A program made the translations under genes and the position numbers. DNA of 64,000 nucleotides from Macrostomum hystrix (taxonomy: Eukaryota; Animalia; Platyhelminthes), in assembly GCA_950097015.1 (NCBI GenBank), contig CATNEN010000001.1, forward strand, positions 20,894,001 through 20,958,000. Direction: 5' to 3'. Every line of letters begins with the position of its first letter. The first letter of the stretch is position 1. The notes beneath the pieces are model-generated. The model did no database searches. It was not told where the DNA came from and was given only the letters and a program-made list of their open reading frames with translations. Shown here one piece after another: positions 1 through 10,382 of this stretch.

Positions 1-249
1 AGTGAAATACGGGCCTCGGCAGCTTCGAACTTACTGCGAAAGAGGTCGGGATTTCTGTTTCAGCCCAACGGAAGCAATTTAATTATGTCATTAAGTAAGG
101 CGCTTAAAGTTCTGTCAGCCCACCCAGCTGTAAAATGTGTACCGCATCGGGCTGGGGTCAGTCAGATTAATGGACTGGGATATTATCCTCCACCAAACCT
201 GCTGGAGGGGCACCGCGAACAGCCGCCAATCCGGAGCGGCAGCCCCGAT

Positions 250-489
250 AACTTCTTCCCGGTAGCGAAAAGTCCTTGCAAACCAGACTCAGAAGGATAT
301 CTCAGCCCTCATCATGACCCTCACAGGCCATGGAGCAAAACGTGCCCGAGAGAACGAGGATGCTCAACACTTTGCTCTTTCTATTGGGATAGGCTCACCC
401 AACTGGGACCAAATCCACCCATGGATGACGCTTGTAGACTCGAGAACATCCCACGGCTCGTCCGGTTCTTCAGGGCTACCACAGGATGA
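250..489 (+). pseudogene. Possible decayed 3' end of a non-LTR retrotransposon ORF2
   Basis: Two overlapping frames give ...IMTLTGHG...EDAQHFAL... and ...LENIPRLVRFFRATTG*. These resemble the C-terminal LTGHG / E-x-x-x-H-F-L / L-x-F-x-R-x-T-G* pattern of LINE ORF2 ends. No RT motifs are visible in the window. Confidence 0.3.
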
Positions 490-705
490 GAGTGGCAGAA
501 CGGTCTAACGCGTTTGCCTACACTGCCTATGAGAAATTCGGGGCAGATGTACACACCTGTGTGAGGGTATGCCTGCGTACCGAATATGTGTGCGTTTATG
601 CTCAGGAGTCAGCGAAGTGGGCAGAATTGCTTCCTCGCTGTCTGCGGGTCCTGTGTCACCAAAGGATGTACAATTGCTTGCAGTCCTCATGCAATAATTG
701 TAATT
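487..705 (+). mobile_element. tRNA-derived SINE, internally deleted copy
   Basis: The head GTGGCAGAACGGTCTAACGCGTTTGCC joins directly to the body TACACTGCC...GGCAGATGTACACACC...CTCAGGAGTCAGCGAA...GCGGGTC. It aligns by eye to the copies at 8121, 10820, 12941 and 36345. Confidence 0.75.
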
Positions 706-1420
706 CAACTTTTATCGCTCCGCAATACACAGGAAGAGCAGACATCGCACACAACACACCCAAATCACTTTATTGCTTACTAATAGTAGTAAGTTAATAG
801 CATGAAACGAATCACATGACACACAAAATATTGCTATTATTTATCGTTTCAACAAATTTGCAAAACACAAGTTGTTTTCAGATTAAATTCCGCCATGCTT
901 TGAAGCAGCGAAGCAATCTGTGATTGGCTACACATCTTCTTACTAAATTGGCATTGTATTTGGAAGGCTGTACAACAGATTTCCTCGGTGGAAGTTCTGC
1001 CTATTGACTACTCACTCGCACAGTTTATTAAAGAACTATTCATGGATACATAAAATGGACGCTCCGCTATTTGCTTGAAACTTTTAGCATCATGGATGAT
1101 GAGTAAGAAGATAGTTGCTTTCATCGCCTGCTGCCTACCACACCTGTCCAGTCTATTGTTGCAGGGCCAGTTGCACGACTCACATTAACACCTGTCAAAA
1201 TGAATCTTTCTTTAAAGACGAAGAGAAGCATGGAGGCAGTTATTGCTGCTCTATTCTCGAGTAAGGTTAGGTGACTGGCAGGCAAAGGAGAGCTGCAACA
1301 AGAAGATGGAATTATTCAAGGTATTTAACACGCGCTACTGTATTTACTATCCGCTGAAAAGTTATAGCTAAATCTCTATAATATGAACAGATAATAGCAG
1401 AACATGATCAAATCTATTAA

Positions 1421-3800
1421 AGAGATTGGGAGGGGAGGTATTAGAAATTGGGAAGGGAGCCATTAGAGATTAGGAGGGGAGCTATTAGAGATTGGGAGGG
1501 GAGCTATTAGAGATTTGGAGGGGAGCTATTAGAGATTGGGAGGGGAGCTATTAGAGATTGGGAGGGGAGCTATTAGAGATTGGGAGGGGAGCTATTAGAG
1601 ATTTGGAGGGGAGCTATTAGAGATTGGGAGGGGAGCTATTAGAGATTAGGAGGGGAGCTATTAGAGATTGGGAGGGGAGCTATTAGAGATTGGGATGGGA
1701 GTTATTAGAGATTAGGAGGGGAGCTATTAGAGATTGGGAGGGGAGTTATTAGAGATTAGGAGGGGAGCTATTAGAGATTGGGAGGGGAGTTATTAGAGAT
1801 TGGGAGGGGAGTTATTAGAGATTGGGAGGGGAGTTATTAGAGATTAGGAGGGGAGTTATTAGAGATTGGGAGGGGAGTTATTAGAGATTGGGAGGGGAGT
1901 TATTAGAGATTGGGAGGGGAGTTATTAGAGATTGGGAGGGGAGTTATTAGAGATTGGGAGGGGAGCTATTAGAGATTGGGAGGGGAGTTATTAGAGATTG
2001 GGAGGGGAGTTATTAGAGATTGGGAGGGGAGCTATTAGAGATTGGGATGGGAGTTATTAGAGATTGGGAGGGGAGCTATTAGAGATTGGGAGGGGAGTTA
2101 TTAGAGATTGGGAGGGGAGCTATTAGAGATTGGGAGGGGAGGGGATTGGGAGGGGAGCTATTAGAGATTGGGAGGGGAGCTATTAGAGATTGGGAGGGGA
2201 GTTATTAGAGATTGGGAGGGGAGCTATTAGAGATTGGGAGGGGAGGGGATTGGGAGGGGAGTTATTAGAGATTGGGAGGGGAGCTATTAGAGATTGGGAG
2301 GGGAGGGGATTGGGAGGGGAGCTATTAGAGATTGGGAGGGGAGCTATTAGAGATTGGGAGGGGAGTTATTAGAGATTGGGAGGGGAGCTATTAGAGATTG
2401 GGAGGGGAGGGGATTGGGAGGGGAGCTATTAGAGATTGGGAGGGGAGCTATTAGAGATTGGGAGGGGAGCTATTAGAGATTGGGAGGGGAGCTATTAGAG
2501 ATTGGGAGGGGAGTTGTTAGAGATTGGGAGGGGAGCTATTAGAGATTGGGAGGGGAGCTATTAGAGATTGGGAGGGGAGCTATTAGAGATTGGGAGGGGA
2601 ACTATTAGAGATTGGGAGGGGAGCTATTAGAGATTGGGAGGGGAGTTATTAGAGATTGGGATGGGAGCTATTAGAGATTGGGAGGGGAGCTATTAGAGAT
2701 TGGGAGGGGAGTTGTTAGAGATTGGGAGGGGAGCTATTAGAGATTGGGAGGGGAGCTATTAGAGATTGGGAGGGGAGCTATTAGAGATTGGGAGGGGAGT
2801 TATTAGAGATTGGGATGGGAGCTATTAGAGATTGGGAGGGGAGCTATTAGAGATTGGGAGGGGAGTTATTAGAGATTGGGAGGGGAGCTATTAGAGATTG
2901 GGAGGGGAGCTATTAGAGATTGGGAGGGGAGCTATTAGAGATTGGGAGGGGAGTTATTAGAGATTGGGATGGGAGCTATTAGAGATTGGGAGGGGAGCTA
3001 TTAGAGATTGGGAGGGGAGTTATTAGAGATTGGGAGGGGAGCTATTAGAGATTGGGAGGGGAGGGGATTGGGAGGGGAGCTATTAGAGATTGGGAGGGGA
3101 GCTATTAGAGATTGGGAGGGGAGCTATTAGAGATTGGGAGGGGAGCTATTAGAGATTGGGAGGGGAGCTATTAGAGATTGGGAGGGGAACTATTAGAGAT
3201 TGGGAGGGGAGCTATTAGAGATTGGGAGGGGAGTTATTAGAGATTGGGATGGGAGTTATTAGAGATTGGGAGGGGAGCTATTAGAGATTGGGAGGGGAGC
3301 TATTAGAGATTGGGAGGGGATTTATTAGAGATTGGGAGGGGAGCTATTAGAGATTGGGAGGGGAGTTATTAGAGATTGGGATGGGAGTTATTAGAGATTG
3401 GGAGGGGAGCTATTAGAGATTGGGAGGGGAGGGGATTGGGAGGGGAGCTATTAGAGATTGGGAGGGGAACTATTAGAGATTGGGAGGGGAGCTATTAGAG
3501 ATTGGGAGGGGATTTATTAGAGATTGGGAGGGGAGCTATTAGAGATTGGGAGGGGAGTTATTAGAGATTAGGAGGGGAGTTATTAGAGATTAGGAGGGGA
3601 GTTATTAGAGATTAGGAGGGGAGTTATTAGAGATTAGGATGGGAGTTATTAGAGATTGGGAGGGGAGCTATTAGAGATTGGGAGGGGAGTTATTAGAGAT
3701 TAGGAGGGGAGTTATTAGAGATTAGGAGGGGAGCTATTAGAGATTGGGAGGGGAGTTATTAGAGATTGAGAGGGGAGTTATCGAAAATTGGGAGGGGAGC
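1421..3800. repeat. 22-bp minisatellite (GAGCTATTAGAGATTGGGAGGG)n, ~2.4 kb
   Basis: Directly visible tandem array that ends ~100 bp upstream of the ATG at 3902. Confidence 0.97.
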
Positions 3801-3901
3801 TTTCGGTAAGCTATCATTATGGATGGATGGACATACGCGATGGATGATGGCATTGCTAGAGCTAATACTACCTTTATCGGCAGCCCCCAGGGGTTTCTGT
3901 C

Positions 3902-6900
3902 ATGAAAATCTGGCTGGAGCTGATTTTCAATTTTTACGTGCTGCTGCTATTGCTTCCTGCACCGTCGCGGGCCTGTCCACCTGGTTCGATGTGTGGGATT
4001 TCATCCCCCTGTCAGAATGGGGCCGTATGCACGGATACATGCAACTGGTACAGCTGCACATGTGCAATTGACTACACAGGTGAGTTGCTTACTTAAGCAT
4101 ATGAATTTAGGACGTACAGCGTACTTTGCTTTCAGTCGTAGCACTCGCTAGGAAACACAAGTTTGTGAAGAATCGACCTTTGTGGGACAATTTGTTTGGT
4201 TGCGGAGGATTCATATACAATTTTATAGTTCATAAAACTCTATCTTCGTGAATCTTCGTGATGCTCAGCCCAACCACTTGGATCGAAAGCTAATGCATCA
4301 ATGTACACACTGATTTCCTAATATCTGAAGCTTCACTTTTGCCCACTCAAGAATTGCTGAAAATGCATCATTTTAGGCCAGAATTGCGAATACAAAAAAA
4401 ACGACTGCTTCGCTAACGCCTGTCTGAACGGCGGCCGCTGTCTCGATGGGATTGGGAAGTGAGTATAGACTCCAATTACCATCGTTAACATCTCTACTGA
4501 GCTTTGGCGCTTTACTTTCAAATTTCACAAAAGACTCAATTGCTCTAGCAATTATTGATGCAAAACAGGTACAGCTGTGACTGCACAGGTACCGGATTCA
4601 CGGGGGCCAGGTGCAAGATCAACATTGACGACTGTGCCACCAGTCCCTGCAGAAACGGAGCCACCTGCATTGACGGCGTGAACGATTTTTCCTGCAGGTG
4701 TTACGAAGGATATGAGGGCAAAACGTGCTCTACCGACATTTCTGACTGCAGCCCGAACAAGTGCCACAACAATGGCACCTGTCTTGACCGCAGCAACCAG
4801 CTATTGTACAACAATCCATCTCTGCCAGCTCCGTTCAACGGCTCCTTCAGCTACTCGCAGGCAGCTGGGTTTCTGTGCGCCTGTCCGGCTGGTGAGTGGG
4901 TGACAAGCATTTTTGTTCCGGTACCAGAAACAGGAAAACTTCCTAGAAATCCCTTTATGATTTCTAAACAAAGCAATTGAAAAAGCAAATTAAAAATAAC
5001 TTCTAACAACAGGTGCTTACGGGGAAACCTGCTCAGTGAACCCGGACGACTGCGTGCTGCCCGGCACCAACCAGAGCGTGTGCGCTCACGCCTCGAGCTG
5101 CACGGACGGCCTGGCCTCATTCACCTGCCACTGCCTGCCCGGATATGAGGGCGCCAACTGCTCGGTGGACATCAACGAGTGCGAGCTGTTCCGTCAGCCG
5201 TGTCGCAACGGAGCTGTCTGCAAGGACCTGCTGGCTGACTACGCCTGCACCAACTGCCCGTCAGGGTTCGGCGGCAAGAACTGCAGCGTCAGGCTGACCG
5301 GCTGCGACTCCGCGCCGTGTCGGAATGGCGCCACCTGCGAGCCGGTTCTCTTGAGGGAGCTGCCGACACCTGAGCACGGACACCTGTGCACCTGCGGCCC
5401 AGGATGGACGGGCTCTCAGTGCAACCTCACAACCCTGGTCTCATTCAACGGCTCCGCCAGCTTCAGCGCCCTGCTCAGCATCGCAGCCTCGAGCAGCTCG
5501 GCTGACTGGACCTTCGAGCTCTCATTCCGGAGCAGTCTCACCCAGTTCGATCTGATTCGGCTGTCCTCAGACTCGGGACTCATCCGAGTCGGTGCTCACA
5601 ACTCCAGCCTCGTGCTGCTGCTGCTGAATAGCAGCTCATCGTCTGTGATTGGTCAGACCAAGTGGCCAATCAGTGACAGTCTGGCTGCTGCTGATTGGCT
5701 CACACTGTCAGTCAGCCTGACCAATGGCAGTGTGACACTGACTCGGACGGGGTCGTCAGCAGGAGTGAGGCAGTCTCTCACACAGCTGGTTGACGGACTG
5801 TCGCACACATTCAAGCGAGGCTCAGTGTCAGTTCGGGTCGGAGGCGACGCGGCATCGGCCAAAGGCGGCTTCCGCGGCTGCGTGCGGGATGTGCGACTCG
5901 CGACTTCCAACTTGACATTCGTCGCCATGGAGACCACGGTGGAGTCGAGCAACGCGACCTGGGGAGTGTGCAGTCGATCGGTGCAGTGCGGCAGCCCATC
6001 GCCCTGTGAGCTGAGCACGAGCTCGAGGTGCTTGGATGTGTGGAATGACTTTGTGTGCCAGTGCGCAGCGGACTTTGGTGGCCGCAACTGTTCTGTGCGG
6101 CTTCCGTCGTTCTCATTCGGACTGGGTGGCAACGCGTCCTCAGCGAGCTTCGAGTCAGTGCCCGCCGTCTCAAGCGTGTTCGGCAGCGACTCGTGGACGA
6201 TCGAGCTGAGGCTGGTGACTCTGTCTCCGGGAGCGTTTCTGATGCTGCTGGGCGACCCGAGCGACTCGGCGACCACTCCGCGACTGCTCGTCACGGTGAG
6301 TACAGCTTTTTGGTTTGAAGGAACTCTCAGATTTTTTTCGCTTTCAATTCCTGTTGCTTGCATTTGTGCATCTTTCGATCTATGCGAGAATAAGCGAATA
6401 GGATTTTACCTCCCCTGCAGATTGATGCCTCAGGCCGTCTGTCCGCCCGACTGCTGCTCAGTACAAACGCCGCTTTCGCATCCCTGACGTCTTTGGACTC
6501 TGTTGCAACCGGCAAGTTTATTTTCGTCAAGATTTCTCTCTCGATTTCTTCTCGTGAGATGACGGTGTCAGTAGCATCGACTGCGATGTCAGCAACTCTG
6601 ATCAGCGCGAGCCCCCTATCGCAGCTGTCAGGCCAGCTCCTCATTGGCAGTTTTAGTGGAGCTGTGGCAGCCCCTGCCCCCGCCCTGGCTGTGGACGAAA
6701 GCCGAAGATCGAGGCGATCAGTTTCCGGACGTGCATCCAGCACTTTAGCATCAGCTGCAGGAAATCTGACAGCGTTTCGTGGTGTTCTGAGCTCCGTCCG
6801 AGTCAATGGGAACAGGCCGCTTATTCTGGAGTCCTCTAGGCCAGACGTTGCTGGCGGCCTGCCTGGGGCGATTTTAGCAAACTTTTCATCTGAGGTTATC

Positions 6901-7423
6901 TTTGGCACTCAAACAGAAGACGTCTGTAAAATTTACAGTCCTTGTGAGAGCGGATCTACCTGCACAAACATTTTCTACAATCGATACTCGTTAGTAGCTA
7001 CCCCCCACAAATAGCTTGATGGCATATTTTGTCGAAATATTTCTTAAACTCCACCGCTCGTTGCCCCACATTCAGCTGTAGATGCCGAACTGGCGGGCAA
7101 GGCGCAACTTGCTCGGAGGCCCAAATTTCTGGACCTTCCGCGGCTGTTCTAGCGGGGATCTTAGTTGCTGTCTGTGCCTTTCTTTCACTTGCCACAATAG
7201 GTAATACAAAAACATAAATTTCATAAATGTCTACTCAACAACCATTAACAGCGTGTACTTTCGATGTACTACCGACTCCATTTCAGTCGCAATAGTCACG
7301 GTGAAGTTTAGAAGGCTCGCAGCCAGCAAAGAAGACCTCGATTACGATGGCCCCATCGGTGTGCGAGTTGGACATCTTAGACGAGAGGGGGTGGCTCAGT
7401 GCCCGCAGGATATGTACTTTTAG
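3902..7423 (+). CDS. Crumbs-like type I membrane protein (signal peptide, ~9 EGF, 2 LamG, TM, 39-aa tail ending QDMYF), ~898 aa
   Basis: Exons 3902-4079, 4377-4458, 4569-4891, 5013-6295, 6421-6989, 7076-7200 and 7287-7423. All introns are GT..AG, phases are consistent, and the total of 2697 nt is divisible by 3. It has the Crumbs-type EGF insertion (DRSNQLLY...FSYSQAAGF) and [28 protein letters not shown]. Intron positions match the crumbs gene on the opposite strand. Confidence 0.88.
5029..6298 (+). repeat. Left arm of a 1270-bp inverted repeat (partner 15632-16901)
   Basis: Reverse complement of 15632-16901. I count about 11 substitutions and no indels; the ORF-track translations are nearly identical. 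Confidence 0.95.
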
Positions 7424-8120
7424 TGAACTTCGTTTTGCCGCTGTCAGTTTGTTTCTATTTACAGTAGTGTAGCGTAATATTTGTAGTTGTAATTGTATTT
7501 ACTGTGAATCAATTGGTTTGCCAATAATTGACCAATCAGTAGTACGAGTCATAAATAATCCAGATGTTATTCTTTAATTCATGCGCCTCCAAGAATAGCA
7601 GCGACTTAACGTAGAAAGGTCACGGTGTTTCTTTCAAATAAATACATTTTTATTTCCCTGTAACTCCCAAAACATTCAATAAATCGCTTTAAAATGCAGA
7701 ACAAGGGCTAAAATTTTCCAGAATGACGAGACATCAGCATCGTCAAGATATTCAAAGATTCTCGTCGGTTAAAACAATTTTCGTCATGCAACCATATCAA
7801 CTAAAATTATTGATTAAATTGTACTTGGATAATATTATTGAACCAGTATGGATTCGTCATTCAGAGCTAAGTTTGTTTTTCTTGTCACCGGCGTCTTGGA
7901 CAAGAACCGCTGACTATCTCGATGTCAGCGGTGGGGGGATAGCGGGGTCACCATTATTGTTTTTGACTAGCGCTAAACCTCGCTAATCTCTACGTATTTT
8001 TAAACCTCATATTTGCACCAGCGCAGCTCTTGACAGCTGCAAATAGGCAAATAGTCTGCTCGAATACTACAAGGATATATGAAATATGAAATAAAAGGTT
8101 AGTGAAGCTTGGAGCTATGA

Positions 8121-8420
8121 AGAGGGTGAGTGGCAGTCCTGGCAGAGCGGTTAACACGTACGTTTGCCTCTCGCAACAAGGTCCCTGAGCTCGATTCCGC
8201 GACGAGGCCACATTCATTGGGGCGCAGCCGCAGAGAGAAGGCTTGGGGGCTTGTCGTGCAATCGATGCCCTTTAGGCTAACCTACGAGGCGCAGTAAGAG
8301 TGTACACTGCCTGACGATGATAAGGATGTACACACCTGTGTGAGTGTGTGCTCAGGATTTAGCGAAATTGGGAGAATTTCCCCCCTCCCGCTGCTGCGGG
8401 TCTACTGTCAACAAATGCTG
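8121..8420 (+). mobile_element. tRNA-derived SINE
   Basis: A-box-like TGGCAGAGCGG and B-box-like GCTCGATTCC, then the shared body GGGCGCAGCCGC...GGCTTGGGGGCTTGTCGTGCAAT...GTGTACACTGCCTGACGATGA. Confidence 0.8.
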
Positions 8421-9616
8421 TGCTAGTTAGTGCCTTCTTGCAAATCTTATCAGTATGTGATCGACGTTACAATTTTCAGGGGTTGTAAAATGGCGTATGT
8501 ATTTCTAGTTTTATATTTATAGATAAGTCAGAGCACAGATAATCAATAAGCTTGAGCACTAAACTTGAAATATAATTTGTTAACTTGTTAGCATTGTTAA
8601 AAATTAGCTAAATAGCCTGCAGACGATAGTTGACTGTGAATAATAGCATTGCGAAAATTGCATACAGTAGTGTATGCCTACACAGCATTTCAGCACACAA
8701 TGGTCCCGAAAAATTGAGTCTTTAGCAAGGAATGATCTCAGAATGAATTCAGATCTTCATGTATTGAGCATAGCATCGGAGTTGCGAAGACAGCTGTGGA
8801 CCACCAATAAAGCCTGCTTGGATTCCAACAATACCTGGTGCTAGAGAAAAATATTGCAATCAAGCTTCCGATGCCAAAGTGAGTAAATTGGAAATGATTG
8901 AAGTCGCTCAAAACTCACAAGAATGACATGATGAGCAAAGAGGCAAATTAACATTTTAAAATATAGATAAAGTTGTTTCCCATAGCAACGATGTTTGCGC
9001 TTTCACAACTGCATTCACTGTACTGGTCTGTACTGGCCAGGTAATCCGTTTCTGCTTTTGGTTGACCCTAAGCTAACCGACCTGCCTTAGACTCTCAGTG
9101 AACAAATGAACAAAAGTTTAAAAAGGTGCCAAAATTATTAAAAACACTTTATGCACGTCTTTTTATTATTAAAATTTAATTATAAAACAAGCTGCAGAAA
9201 AAGTTGAGAATAAAACCTACTCTGATTAATTTGGAAATCAAACAGTAAATATGCGCAAAGACAGTGAGCACAAAACTGATTGTTTGAGTCTGAAAACCAC
9301 GGCCAACAATACTAGGCTTTTATGAGTAAATTCTGCATTTGATATTTTAATGTTTTGTAACACAGCATGCACCCAGAGCCTACTATGAGTAGTGAAATAC
9401 TGCAAACTAGAGGAATGTACAACAAAGATAAAGGATTAAAGTGCAATAAAAACTGGTGCAACAAGATACGAAACTGCTTTCTGGTGGCAAAGATGTACTA
9501 AGACAACAAATGCACAAGTTTGTGAAGTTCTCATCATTAAATATTCTCAATGTGAATAAGTGAACCTCATAACTGATTGATTTTAATATCCGATGTGGGC
9601 GTGGGAGAACAAGACT

Positions 9617-10000
9617 GTTAGAAAGTGTCTGCTGTCTGTTAGACAGTGTCTGCTGTGTGTTAGACAGTATCTGCTGTCTGTTTGACAGTGTCTGCTGTGT
9701 GTTAGACAGTGTCTGCTGTCTGTTAGACAGTATCTGCTGTGTGTTAGACAGTGTCTGCTGTGTGTTAGACAGTGTCTGCTGTCTGTTAGACAGTATCTGC
9801 TGTCTGTTAGACAGTGTCTGCTGTGTGTTAGACAGTACCTGCTGTGTGTTAGACAGTGTCTGCTGTCTGTTAGACAGTATCTGCTGTCTGTTAGACAGCG
9901 TCTGCTGTCTGTTAGACAGTGTCTGCTGTCTGTTAGACAGCGTCTGCTGTCTGTTAGACAGTGTCTGCTGTCTGTTAGACAGTGTCTGCCGTCTGTTTGA
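9617..10000. repeat. 21-bp minisatellite (GTTAGACAGTGTCTGCTGTCT)n
   Basis: Visible tandem array. It explains ORFs 9407..10057 and 9657..10043. Confidence 0.95.
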
Positions 10001-10382
10001 TAAGTTAGAAATAAAAAATAAAAACAGCGATCCTATTAAATAGTTAAACTCCTCCATATTAAAATAGGCATTAATTTATACAACACTTAAAAAACACCAG
10101 GTGAAATCGAATATCAATTTTACAATAAGCACGTGCGAAACACGATTAGCAAAATAGAAGAATAGCAATAAAACATCTATATGCAATAGCAATAGCAATA
10201 AATATGGAAGCACAAAAAATTGTTTTAATAGGGAATAGAATGTTCATTTGGGATAATAACAATACGACTAAGCTCAGGAAACTTGTCTACGCTTATCTAA
10301 CAAAATAATCTAAACATCTTTGCATAAAAGCACACTTGAAGCAGTTTCATAATCTATGATTGGCCAGCCGGTGGACAGCCAA

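Noticed and set aside
5653-6908. Antisense ORFs over the crumbs-like exons (and 15636..16277)
   Set aside because: These are shadow frames of GC-rich coding exons.
8121-8210. Functional tRNA gene
   Set aside because: It does not form a proper cloverleaf and continues into the SINE body shared by five copies.
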